Shown here: positions 55,337-64,000 of the stretch, in pieces | Layout: every line of letters begins with the position of its first letter | Position numbering within the stretch: position 1 is the first letter of the stretch | NCBI GenBank assembly: GCA_043732705.1 | Contig: JAYTHE010000043.1 | Span: forward strand, 9,067 to 73,066 | Origin: Candidatus Omnitrophota bacterium | GTDB taxonomy: Bacteria > Omnitrophota > Omnitrophia > Omnitrophales > Aquincolibacteriaceae | Length of the DNA stretch: 64,000 bases | Reading direction: 5' to 3' | Translations under genes and position numbers: made by a program | Notes under the pieces: model-generated | What the model was told of the DNA's origin: nothing | Seen by the model: the letters and a program-made list of their open reading frames with translations, nothing else | The model's database searches: none

Positions 55337-58078
55337 GTGGGAAATGTGGATTCCTTTAAAAGCAAATCTGTTTTGAATGTTGGCGGAAAAACTTTCGCCA
55401 TTTTTAAATTAGCGGCGGTGAAAAATCTTCCGGGCCTACCGCTCGAGCAATTACCTTATTCGGTGCGTATTCTTCTCGAAAATCTTTTGCGCCGCGAAGA
55501 CGGCAAAGCCGTTACCAAAGCCGATATTGAAGCGCTGCGCAATTGGAGCCCGAAAGAAAAATCCCTGAAGGAGATTGCTTTCACGCCCGCGCGCGTGATC
55601 TTGCAGGATTTTACCGGCGTGCCTTGCGTTGTCGATCTCGCCGCGATGCGCGACAAAATGCAAGAACTCGGCAAAGATCCGAAAAAAATTAATCCGCTTG
55701 AGCCCGTTGACCTCGTTATTGACCATTCGATCCAGGTTGATATGTTCGGCAACGCCAACGCGCTTGCCGATAACACGCGCATTGAGTTTGAGCGCAATCA
55801 GGAGCGTTACGAATTTTTAAAGTGGGGCCAAAAAGCGCTCTCTGATTTTCGTGCCGTGCCGCCGGGCATGGGCATTGTGCATCAGGTGAATCTTGAATAT
55901 CTTGCGTCAGTCGTCATCACCAAGCGACTTTCCAAGCCCTCACCCTCGCCCTCTCCCGAAGGGAGAGGGGAAAGTGAAGAGGTGCTTGCTTATCCCGACA
56001 CCTTGGTCGGCACCGACTCGCACACTGTGATGATCAACGGCCTCGGCGTTCTCGGTTGGGGCGTGGGCGGCATCGAAGCCGAAGCTGCGATGCTCGGCCA
56101 GCCTTCATCCATGCTTATTCCCGAAGTGGTCGGATTTAAACTCACCGGCAAGCTTCCCGAAGGCGCAACCGCCACTGATTTGGTTTTGACCGTTACGCAA
56201 ATGCTGCGCAAAAAAGGCGTCGTCGAAAAATTTGTTGAATTTTACGGCGCGGGCCTCGATGCCTTGTCACTTGCCGACCGCGCGACGGTTGCGAATATGG
56301 CACCCGAGTACGGCGCGACTATGGGATTTTTTCCGGTCGACAATGAAACGCTTAATTATTTACGCGTCACCGGCCGCAGCGAAGCACAAGTCAGCCTCAT
56401 TGAAACTTATTTGAAAGAGCAGGGGCTTTTCCGCACCGCAAATTCGCCCGACCCTGTTTTCAATGATACGCTCGAACTTGATCTTGGAACTGTCGTGCCT
56501 TGCCTTGCCGGCCCGAAACGCCCGCAGGATCGCGTCGCATTGCCCGATGTTAAAAGTAATTTCAAGACGGCCTTGCCCGGTTTGCAAAATCAAAAAGCTG
56601 GCGCAACCGCCGTGGTTGACCGCGCGCTGGTTAAATACGCGGGCCAAGAATTTATACTCGAAGACGGCTTTGTCGCGATCGCCGCAATCACAAGCTGCAC
56701 GAATACATCGAACCCGAGCGTTCTGATGGCCGCGGGCCTGCTCGCGAAAAAAGCCGCTGCGCTCGGGCTCAAATCCAAACCGTGGGTTAAAACATCGCTC
56801 GCGCCCGGATCCAAAGTCGTCACCGAATATTTACGCGCGTCCGGCCTTTTGCCCGAACTTGAAAAAATCGGTTTCTATCTCGTGGGTTATGGCTGCACCA
56901 CCTGCATCGGAAATTCCGGGCCGCTGCCGCCTGAAATCGGCAAAGCCGTGAAAGAACACAGCCTCGTTGCTTCCGCTGTTATTTCCGGCAATCGCAATTT
57001 TGAAGGCCGTGTGAATCCGCTTGTGAAAGCAAACTATCTCGCATCGCCGCCGCTGGTTGTGGCGTATGCGTTAGCAGGAACAGTCGAACGCGATCTCACT
57101 AAAGAATCGCTCGGCACTGACCACACCGGCAAGCCGGTTTATCTCAAAGATATTTGGCCGAGCAATCAGGAAGTTGCCGCCGCCGTTCAGCAGGTGACGC
57201 GCAAAATGTTTGAAAAAGAATATGCCGTTGTTTTTGACGGTGATAAAAATTGGCAGTCGATCCAGGTTGCGTTGGGCGACACATTCAAATGGAATCCGAA
57301 ATCGACTTACATCAAAAAAGCCCCGTACTTTGACGGCATGGCCGCGGTTCCCGCGCCACTCACGGATATTAAAGACGCGCGCGTGCTCGTGATGGTGGGC
57401 GATTCCGTGACCACCGACCATATTTCTCCCGCGGGCAATATTGCAAAAGACGGCCCGGCCGCGAAGTATTTAATGGAAAACGGCGTAAGTGAAAAAGATT
57501 TCAATTCCTACGGTGCGCGCCGCGGCAATCATGAAGTCATGGTTCGCGGAACTTTCGCCAATATCCGTTTAAAAAATTTACTCGCGCCCGGCACCGAAGG
57601 CGGGGTGACGCGCCTGCTTCCTGAAGGCAAGCCCATGTCCATTTTTGATGCCGCGCAGGAATATAAGAAAAACAAAGCTCCGCTGATTGTCATTGCCGGC
57701 AAAGAATATGGTTCCGGCTCTTCGCGCGATTGGGCCGCGAAAGGTCCGATGCTGCTTGGTATTAAAGCCGTGATCGCGGAAAGCTTTGAACGCATTCACC
57801 GCAGTAATTTAATCGGCATGGGAATTTTGCCGCTTATCTTTACTGCCGGACAAACGCCTGCTTCGCTTGGCTTAACCGGCGAAGAAGCTTTCACGATCGA
57901 AGGTATTCCAAGCATTACGCCCGGGCAAATGTTACATATCCGCGCCCGCTCTGGAAATTCAACCGCGGGCGCAGAGAAAACATTCACCGTCAAATGCCGC
58001 ATTGATACGCCCGTGGAATTAGACTATTACAAACACGGCGGAATTCTTCAATACGTTCTGCGCCAACTTCTCAAATGA
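55337..58078 (+). CDS. acnA: aconitate hydratase A
   Basis: Aconitase motifs are present throughout, including the Fe-S ligand Cys triad ([16 protein letters not shown]) and the SR motif. The start is taken as GTG about 55337; the ORF-track ATG 55301 lies inside a palindrome. Confidence 0.85.
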   Translation: MGNVDSFKSKSVLNVGGKTFAIFKLAAVKNLPGLPLEQLPYSVRILLENLLRREDGKAVTKADIEALRNWSPKEKSLKEIAFTPARVILQDFTGVPCVVDLAAMRDKMQELGKDPKKINPLEPVDLVIDHSIQVDMFGNANALADNTRIEFERNQERYEFLKWGQKALSDFRAVPPGMGIVHQVNLEYLASVVITKRLSKPSPSPSPEGRGESEEVLAYPDTLVGTDSHTVMINGLGVLGWGVGGIEAEAAMLGQPSSMLIPEVVGFKLTGKLPEGATATDLVLTVTQMLRKKGVVEKFVEFYGAGLDALSLADRATVANMAPEYGATMGFFPVDNETLNYLRVTGRSEAQVSLIETYLKEQGLFRTANSPDPVFNDTLELDLGTVVPCLAGPKRPQDRVALPDVKSNFKTALPGLQNQKAGATAVVDRALVKYAGQEFILEDGFVAIAAITSCTNTSNPSVLMAAGLLAKKAAALGLKSKPWVKTSLAPGSKVVTEYLRASGLLPELEKIGFYLVGYGCTTCIGNSGPLPPEIGKAVKEHSLVASAVISGNRNFEGRVNPLVKANYLASPPLVVAYALAGTVERDLTKESLGTDHTGKPVYLKDIWPSNQEVAAAVQQVTRKMFEKEYAVVFDGDKNWQSIQVALGDTFKWNPKSTYIKKAPYFDGMAAVPAPLTDIKDARVLVMVGDSVTTDHISPAGNIAKDGPAAKYLMENGVSEKDFNSYGARRGNHEVMVRGTFANIRLKNLLAPGTEGGVTRLLPEGKPMSIFDAAQEYKKNKAPLIVIAGKEYGSGSSRDWAAKGPMLLGIKAVIAESFERIHRSNLIGMGILPLIFTAGQTPASLGLTGEEAFTIEGIPSITPGQMLHIRARSGNSTAGAEKTFTVKCRIDTPVELDYYKHGGILQYVLRQLLK

Positions 58079-58611
58079 GCGCAGATAAGAAAATCTACAA
58101 ACCAAAAATCGGGCGACACGTTTTTGTGCACCCGTCTGCGGTGGTTGAAGGCCGTGTCACGATCGGTGATTACTCTTCCGTTTGGCCCAACTGTGTTTTG
58201 CGCGGTGATATTAATGCCATCAAAATTGGAAAACGCACAAATATTCAGGATCTTTCAGTTTTGCATGTTGAAAACAACCGCGCCTGCATTTTGGGTGATG
58301 ATGTGACGATCGGCCATCAAGTGACTTTGCACAGCTGCACGGTTAAACGTTACGCCTTAGTCGGTATTCAAGCCATTGTTCTGGACGGCGCGGTGGTGGG
58401 GGAATGCTGCCTGGTGGGCGCTGGCGCGCTTGTCACGCATAATCAAAAACTGAAACCCTGTTCGCTTTATATGGGCCGTCCCGCCAAATACATCCGCCCG
58501 CTGAAACCCGATGAAATCAAAAAACTCAAAGCCTGGGGCAAACGCTACGTTAAATATTCTGCTGATTACATGACCGGTAAATTCAAAAGCGTTCATCTGC
58601 TGCGTTCATGA
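58075..58611 (+). CDS. gamma-carbonic anhydrase / hexapeptide-repeat family protein
   Basis: There is a left-handed beta-helix hexapeptide pattern with a metal-binding His (LHSCTV..). It overlaps acnA by 4 nt. Confidence 0.75.
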   Translation: MSADKKIYKPKIGRHVFVHPSAVVEGRVTIGDYSSVWPNCVLRGDINAIKIGKRTNIQDLSVLHVENNRACILGDDVTIGHQVTLHSCTVKRYALVGIQAIVLDGAVVGECCLVGAGALVTHNQKLKPCSLYMGRPAKYIRPLKPDEIKKLKAWGKRYVKYSADYMTGKFKSVHLLRS

Positions 58612-58949
58612 ATCAACCGTCTTTCATGGAAAAACAGGAAGATAATATTGCGCCGCATATTTTTTCCGTGTCGGCAGGCATGATCGGCGTTTGCCTAACG
58701 GTCATCAGCCTTATTAATATCAGCAGCGCCATCCGGAAAAGCAACACGCTCGGCGATGATTTAACCGCGATCGATGCGGTGGTATTTATCTTCTCCTGCT
58801 ATCTGGCTTATATGGCTATGAAAACCAAAGACAAAAAGAGACGGCTATTTCTTGAAAAACTGGCCGACCGTGTATTTTTGTCCGGCCTTTTTCTGATGGT
58901 TTTGGTTTGCGTCTTCGTGGTTTATACCTTTTCCTTCAGAGCCGCCTGA
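58608..58949 (+). CDS. small membrane protein (3 TM)
   Basis: It has hydrophobic helices and overlaps the previous stop by 4 nt. Confidence 0.4.
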   Translation: MNQPSFMEKQEDNIAPHIFSVSAGMIGVCLTVISLINISSAIRKSNTLGDDLTAIDAVVFIFSCYLAYMAMKTKDKKRRLFLEKLADRVFLSGLFLMVLVCVFVVYTFSFRAA

Positions 58950-59029
58950 CATATTTTTATTCTGGGCTCTGCCCAACCACGGCGTAATTTTTAGTTCTGT
59001 TCGCTGGCGCGAACAACCACCGGGCCCCA

Positions 59030-59295
59030 CCGCATTTCAAATCCTTTCTCTTGGTGCGGCTTTGCCGAACCAAGAGAAGGTAAAACAGGAAACTTGTTTG
59101 CTGGGTTTGAAGCACAGTGTGGCAATATTAATAGACGAACCTTCGAAAAATTCTGATTTTTCCACCTTGTTTCTCCTTTTATCGCCTCTCCTCCTACATT
59201 GCGCTTATGTCTTTAGAATGAAGGCGCATAATGCGAGTTCGCCGCCTCGGGACGGCGCTGTTTGAGCAGTATGAATCTCTCGTCAAAGGCTAAGG
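59030..59295 (-). repeat. family-1 modular intergenic element, copy G (reverse orientation)
   Basis: The reverse complement reads tgctcaaacagcgccgtcccgaggcggcgaactcg (H2), ggaggagaggcgataaaaggagaaacaag (B) and caagtttcctgttttaccttc plus hairpin TCTCTTGGTtcggcaaagccgcACCAAGAGA (C). Confidence 0.55.
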
Positions 59296-59458
59296 GCATT
59301 CATAATTTTTGAATAAGATTTTCAAAATGTTCCGGCGACGTAGTAATTTTGTTGCCATTTGGTTCCTGGCTCCTGCGGAATTCAACTTCTTGAACTGGTA
59401 TAAAGAAAATGCGGTTGCGCGTATGCGCGCAGAGCAAAAATTTACGGATAAAAATACT

Positions 59459-59498
59459 TAAATTCCTCTCTCGCAAGAGAGGGGAATTTGAGTATAAT
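59459..59498 (+). promoter_or_regulatory. 30-bp palindrome overlapping the -35 region, with a TATAAT box 8 nt upstream of the gltA ATG
   Basis: The palindrome is AAATTCCTCTCTcgcaAGAGAGGgGAATTT, followed by gAGTATAATgtccgcctATG. Confidence 0.45.
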
Positions 59499-59506
59499 GT
59501 CCGCCT

Positions 59507-60655
59507 ATGACACCAGTTACAGCAAACGACAAAGCGGAATTCGCCAAAGGCCTCGAAGGCATTATTGCTGGCGAAACATCCCTTTCACTCGTTGACGGCA
59601 AGAATAGCCAGCTCTATTACCGCGGCATCTCAATCGAACAATTCGTCGGTAAATCCTCTTTTGAAGAAGTTGTTTTTTTACTTTGGAATCTGCGCCTGCC
59701 GCGCAAAGATGAACTCGAAAAATTTAAAGCCGAACTTGCAGTTCACCGCGAAATTCCGGCCGCTATGTATGATTGGCTCGCGAATGTCCCCAAAAAAGCG
59801 CATCCGATGGGTGTTTTGCGCAGTGCCGTTTCACAGCTGGGCCTGCTCGACGTTAATGCCGACAAAATCGACAACACCAATTTACGCCGCATTGCCCTCG
59901 AATTAACCGCGCAAATCCCGACAATCGTTGCGGCCTTCAGCCGTTTACGCGACGGCAAAGCGCCAATCCATCCCGACTTAAAACTTTCGCATGCCGGAAA
60001 TTTTCTCTATATGTTGAACGGCGTTAAACCCGCGCCCCAAATGGAAAATGCGCTCGACACTTATCTTGTGCTGCTCGCGGATCACGGCTTCAATGCTTCG
60101 ACATTTGCCGCGCGCGTTACCGTCGCGACTTTGTCCGATATGTATTCCGGAATCGTGGCCGGCGTCGGCTGCTTGAAAGGCGATTTGCATGGCTCCGCGG
60201 TTCAAAACGTGATGGAAATGTTTCTTGAAATCGGTACGCCTGAAAAAGCGGAAGACTATGTCAAAGAAGCTTTCGCGCATAAAAAGAAAATTATGGGTTT
60301 CGGCCATCGTGTTTATAAAGACGTTGATCCGCGCGCGACCGCTTTCCGCAGCGTTGCCGAGGCAATTTCGAATGTGAAGGGCGGCGAAAAGAAGTGGGTG
60401 CAAATGGCGGCCAATATTGAAAAAGCCGTACACGCGATTAAAAAAATTCCGTGCAACGTCGATTTCTTTTCTTCTTACGTTTTATACACCGTCGGCTTTC
60501 CGATTGATTTTTTTACGACCGTTTTCGCCGCGAGCCGCGTCTCCGGATGGACCGCGCATGTTATCGAACAACTTTCGAATAATCGTTTGATTCGCCCCGA
60601 AGCCATTTATACCGGCCCGACGAACGAAACCTATATACCCATAGAGCGGCGTTAA
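59507..60655 (+). CDS. gltA: citrate synthase
   Basis: The active-site motif is GFGHRVYKDVDPRA, with catalytic His/Asp. Confidence 0.85.
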   Translation: MTPVTANDKAEFAKGLEGIIAGETSLSLVDGKNSQLYYRGISIEQFVGKSSFEEVVFLLWNLRLPRKDELEKFKAELAVHREIPAAMYDWLANVPKKAHPMGVLRSAVSQLGLLDVNADKIDNTNLRRIALELTAQIPTIVAAFSRLRDGKAPIHPDLKLSHAGNFLYMLNGVKPAPQMENALDTYLVLLADHGFNASTFAARVTVATLSDMYSGIVAGVGCLKGDLHGSAVQNVMEMFLEIGTPEKAEDYVKEAFAHKKKIMGFGHRVYKDVDPRATAFRSVAEAISNVKGGEKKWVQMAANIEKAVHAIKKIPCNVDFFSSYVLYTVGFPIDFFTTVFAASRVSGWTAHVIEQLSNNRLIRPEAIYTGPTNETYIPIERR

Positions 60656-60700
60656 AATGTGGTGCTCGATAAAGCTCTCACCACGAAACGATAATAAATA

Positions 60701-61891
60701 ATGAATATTCACGAGTACCAAGCCAAAGGGATTTTTAAAAAGTACGGCATTCCCACGAATCCCGGCCGTTTCGCAACCACTCCTGACGAAGTTTACGAAG
60801 CGGCTAAAGCGCTTTATAAGCCCGGCGAAATTATTGCGACCAAAGCCCAGGTCCATGCGGGCGCGCGCGGTAAAGGCGGCGGTATCAAGATCGCGAAAAA
60901 TCCCGAAGAGTCCAAAGCTTTCGCTCAAAAAATTCTCGGTACGAATTTAGTGACGCCGCAAACCGGTCCCGAAGGCAAACCGGTCAACTCCATTTGGCTT
61001 GAATCCTCCGTCGGCATCAAAAAAGAATTTTATGTCGGTATCGTTCTCGACCGCGGCGCCTGCAAGCCAAGCATGATCGTTTCAAACGCGGGCGGCATGG
61101 ACATTGAAGAAGTTGCCGAAAAACATCCTGAAAAAATGATCCGCCAGCTTTTCTCGGTTGAGAAAGGCATGACACCGGCCGAAGCCGCCGAGCTCGCTGC
61201 GAAAGTTGAAACCGATGACAATATTAAGACGCAGCTTGCCAGTGTTTTTTCTAAGCTTTCGATGATCTTTATCGAAAACGACGTATCTTTGATCGAAATC
61301 AATCCGCTGGCTGTTATGGACGACGGGCTTTTGATTGCAATCGACGCTAAAATCAATTTTGACGACAACGCTCTTTTCCGTCATCCGGAAATCGCCGCGA
61401 TGTATGACCCGAGCCAGGACGATGCCCGCGAAGTTGAAGCGAAAAAATTTGATCTGAGTTATGTCGGCCTCGACGGCGAAATCGGCTGTGTTGTGAACGG
61501 CGCTGGCCTCGCGATGGCGACGATGGATATCATAAAATATGAAGGCGCGGAACCCGCGAATTTTCTCGATGTGGGCGGCGGAGCTAGTCAGGAAAAAGTT
61601 GCCGCGGCGTTTAATATTCTTTTGAGCGATAAGCGCGTGAAAGCGATTTTGATTAATATTTTTGGCGGAATCATGCGCTGCGATGTGCTTGCGAACGGAA
61701 TTTTACAAGCCGTGCAAAGTTTATCGCCCGAACGTCGCAAACAGCTCGATAATACGCCGATTGTGGTGCGTCTCGAAGGCACCAATGCCAAAGAAGGCCG
61801 TGAAATTTTAGCCAAATCAAACATCAAACTTTTTTCTGTTTCTGATTTTAAAGAAGCAGCTGAAAAAGTAGTCGCCGAATTAAAGAAGTAA
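60701..61891 (+). CDS. sucC: succinyl-CoA synthetase beta subunit
   Basis: The N-terminus is MNIHEYQAKGIFKKYGIP (ATP-grasp). Confidence 0.9.
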   Translation: MNIHEYQAKGIFKKYGIPTNPGRFATTPDEVYEAAKALYKPGEIIATKAQVHAGARGKGGGIKIAKNPEESKAFAQKILGTNLVTPQTGPEGKPVNSIWLESSVGIKKEFYVGIVLDRGACKPSMIVSNAGGMDIEEVAEKHPEKMIRQLFSVEKGMTPAEAAELAAKVETDDNIKTQLASVFSKLSMIFIENDVSLIEINPLAVMDDGLLIAIDAKINFDDNALFRHPEIAAMYDPSQDDAREVEAKKFDLSYVGLDGEIGCVVNGAGLAMATMDIIKYEGAEPANFLDVGGGASQEKVAAAFNILLSDKRVKAILINIFGGIMRCDVLANGILQAVQSLSPERRKQLDNTPIVVRLEGTNAKEGREILAKSNIKLFSVSDFKEAAEKVVAELKK

Positions 61892-61939
61892 CCGCGGTTG
61901 CGCTAAGAAAAAAATAAAGCGGCGCAGAGCAAAAAAAAT

Positions 61940-62842
61940 ATGAGCATATTAGTTAACAAAAATACAAAAGTTTTGGTTCAGGGCATCACCGGCACGCACG
62001 GCGCTTTTCATGCCGAAAAAATGATCGAATACGGCACCAAGATTGTCGGCGGGGTGACTCCGGGCAAGGGCGGACAAACCGCGGTGGGCGGTGTTCCGGT
62101 TTTTAATACCGTGAAAGAAGGCCGTGAAAAAACCGGTGCTAACGCGACTATCATTTATGTTCCCGCTAAATTCGCGGTCGCCGCGATTCAAGAAGCGGCA
62201 GACGCTGGCATTGAACTTGTGATTTGTATTACTGAAGGTATTCCCGCGCTCGATATGGCGAAAATCAAACCGACGCTTGCCGCAAAAGGCGTGCGGTTAA
62301 TCGGGCCGAATTGCCCGGGGCTCATTACACCTGGTGAATGCAAGGTCGGAATCATGCCCGGCTACATTCATAAAAAAGGCCCTGTTGGCGTGGTTTCACG
62401 CAGCGGTACTTTAACTTATGAAGCGGTTTGGCAGCTCACAGGTCTCGGTATTGGACAATCCACTTGCGTTGGTATCGGTGGCGACCCGATTATCGGAACG
62501 AACTTTGTGGATGTGCTCGATCTTTTCAACAAAGACCCTGAAACCGAAGCCATTGTTATGATTGGTGAAATCGGCGGTAGTGCGGAAGAAGAAGCCGCTG
62601 CCTTCATCAAAAAAAATGTTAAAAAACCCGTGATCAGTTTTATTGCCGGTGCTACCGCGCCGAAGGGTAAACGCATGGGTCATGCCGGAGCGATTATTTC
62701 CGGCGGTTCGGGCAAAGCCGAAGACAAAATCGCATGCCTTAAAGCCGCAGGAGTTTTTATCGCGCCGTCGCCCGCATTGATTGGAAAAACGGTCCAAGAG
62801 GCGATGGCAAGATCGAAGAGTTTTGCGCCTCATGCAAAATAA
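61940..62842 (+). CDS. sucD: succinyl-CoA synthetase alpha subunit
   Basis: The motifs are [11 protein letters not shown] and the phospho-His loop GHAGAII. Confidence 0.9.
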   Translation: MSILVNKNTKVLVQGITGTHGAFHAEKMIEYGTKIVGGVTPGKGGQTAVGGVPVFNTVKEGREKTGANATIIYVPAKFAVAAIQEAADAGIELVICITEGIPALDMAKIKPTLAAKGVRLIGPNCPGLITPGECKVGIMPGYIHKKGPVGVVSRSGTLTYEAVWQLTGLGIGQSTCVGIGGDPIIGTNFVDVLDLFNKDPETEAIVMIGEIGGSAEEEAAAFIKKNVKKPVISFIAGATAPKGKRMGHAGAIISGGSGKAEDKIACLKAAGVFIAPSPALIGKTVQEAMARSKSFAPHAK

Positions 62843-62873
62843 ATTCAGCGCGAGAGATTTTGGTTCGAGCCCG

Positions 62874-62893
62874 AGCCTGCCTGCCGGCAGGCA
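62874..62893 (+). terminator. perfect 20-bp palindrome downstream of sucD
   Basis: The palindrome is CCTGCCTGCCGGCAGGCAGG. It is followed by a second hairpin CGCGTAtcgcggaaaaaTACGCG. There is no U-tract. Confidence 0.35.
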
Positions 62894-62970
62894 GGGAACG
62901 AGGAGCGACGCGTATCGCGGAAAAATACGCGAGCGACGAGAGACGAAGGATTCGGGGCAAAAGCTCCGTG

Positions 62971-64000
62971 ATGAACATGAGTGAAAACTTTGATCATGCT
63001 TATGATGAGTATTTGAAAGTAAAACCCGCCGAAGCCCAAAAATCGCTCAATTCTTTCCAGAAAAAAATCGCCGCCTCCGAACTCAAATACGGCAAAAATA
63101 CGATCCCGACATTTTTCAAACCTGTTTTTCTGACCGCGCGCCAAACGCATCTCGTGAAACGCGTCACCGCCGCGATGCAGCAGGTAGTAAACACCGCCAT
63201 CCGCATTTATTTTGAAGACAACCGCTTCGCGCGTTATTTCCGTTTTACGCCCGAAGTCGAAGAGCTGATTAAAATCGATCCCGGATATTCACCCGCGGTA
63301 ATTTTCGCGCGCTTTGACGGCATTCTCGAGGGCGGCCGTTTGAAATTTACCGAATTCAACTGCGATTCGCCGGTGGGCGCGGCTTATTCCACTTTGCTTT
63401 CCGACACCTTGCTTTCTGAACCCTTCTTTAAAACCTTCACCGAAGAAAACACGCTCGAGTCCTTTCGCCCGGCCGATGATATTTTGAACGCGCTTCTCGG
63501 AGTTTATGAAGATTTCGGCGGTTTTGAAACGCCGACGATCGCGATCATGGACTGGAAAAATGTGCGCACGCGCTCCGAATTTGTCATGCTGCAAAAACGT
63601 TTTGAAGAACGCGGCTATCGCACTTTGATTGTCGATCCCCGCGAACTTTCTTTTAAAGGCGGCAAACTTTATTCCAAAGATACGCGCATTCATTTGATTT
63701 ACCGCCGCGCGCTGGTGGAAGAGCTCGCTTTGCATCGTGATGAAATTCAGGATTTTTTGAACGCTTATAAAGAACGCGCGGTATGCGTGGTTAATCCGCT
63801 GCGTTCCGCCATCGGCAGCCACAAAGGCATGCTTTCGATTTTGACGCACCCTTATTTCGATTCTTTTTTTACGCAGTCCGAAAATCAAATCAAGCATGAG
63901 CATTTACCCTGGACGCGCCAGGTTCTCGACGCCGAAGATTTTTTTGGCCATCAGAAAATGTATCTTGTGGACTTTTTAAAAGACGAAAAAGATTCGCTGG
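62971..64000 (+). CDS. conserved hypothetical protein, 3' end outside the window
   Basis: It is open from ATG 62971 (MNMSENFDHAYDEYLKV...FNCDSPVGAAYS...) to the window end. The minus-strand ORF 63289-63903 is antisense to it and is rejected. Confidence 0.4.
   Translation, partial: MNMSENFDHAYDEYLKVKPAEAQKSLNSFQKKIAASELKYGKNTIPTFFKPVFLTARQTHLVKRVTAAMQQVVNTAIRIYFEDNRFARYFRFTPEVEELIKIDPGYSPAVIFARFDGILEGGRLKFTEFNCDSPVGAAYSTLLSDTLLSEPFFKTFTEENTLESFRPADDILNALLGVYEDFGGFETPTIAIMDWKNVRTRSEFVMLQKRFEERGYRTLIVDPRELSFKGGKLYSKDTRIHLIYRRALVEELALHRDEIQDFLNAYKERAVCVVNPLRSAIGSHKGMLSILTHPYFDSFFTQSENQIKHEHLPWTRQVLDAEDFFGHQKMYLVDFLKDEKDSL

Noticed and set aside
21297-59295. CRISPR array as an explanation for the repeated intergenic sequences
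   Set aside because: The repeats are 80-300 nt long and dispersed over about 40 kb in different intergenic gaps. They are not short direct repeats with regular unique spacers. No cas genes are present.
63289-63903. 204-aa minus-strand ORF at the window end
   Set aside because: It is antisense to a long + strand ORF starting at ATG 62971 that reads without a stop to the window edge.

Overview
This 64-kb window reads as bacterial chromosome at about 50% GC. Most CDS are on the + strand and many neighbours overlap by 1-4 nt, suggesting translational coupling. The gene set (ResB/CcsA, heme-a/Sco1 oxidase-assembly cluster, TCA-cycle cluster, prepilin-like gene, 23S-IVS four-helix-bundle gene) fits a Gram-negative aerobe or microaerobe, possibly from a candidate phylum; that placement is inference only. 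I call about 49 protein-coding genes and found no rRNA, tRNA, CRISPR array or transposase. The window is dominated by one uninterrupted 15,186-nt ORF (2963-18148, 5061 aa). It appears to encode a secreted, membrane-anchored mosaic protein. Its recognisable parts are an N-terminal signal peptide, a cluster of at least four TM helices, an alpha-amylase-superfamily-like segment, HEAT-like repeats, and a eukaryotic-like Ser/Thr protein-kinase domain with HxDLKPxN, DFG and APE motifs. Along its whole length there are at least 14 copies of a pentapeptide R-S-E-[M/A/I/L/F]-R, of which 6 are exact RSEMR and share a 14-nt DNA core CGCTCYGAAATGCG. Two of these copies bracket the kinase domain, and three copies near the C-terminus are spaced 48 and 60 residues apart and cut the tail into pieces of 48, 60 and about 65 residues. 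This gene is the best candidate for an undescribed system: a polyprotein-like or autophosphorylating giant signalling protein. I also found three families of intergenic repeats. Family 1 is a modular, roughly 250-nt structured element in 7 copies with covarying terminal hairpins. Family 2 is an AT-rich palindromic element of about 100 nt in 4 copies. Family 3 is a leader element of about 100 nt shared by two genes between mutY and mutM. Further observations are consensus-like promoters that appear to make cysE and gltA leaderless, palindromic operator candidates upstream of acnA, gltA, ctaA and the giant gene, a three-member family of small secreted proteins, and a ctaA-ctaB-ABC-ABC2-sco1-DUF420 oxidase-assembly operon. 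All calls rest on reading the sequence and motif knowledge; I could not run any database search.
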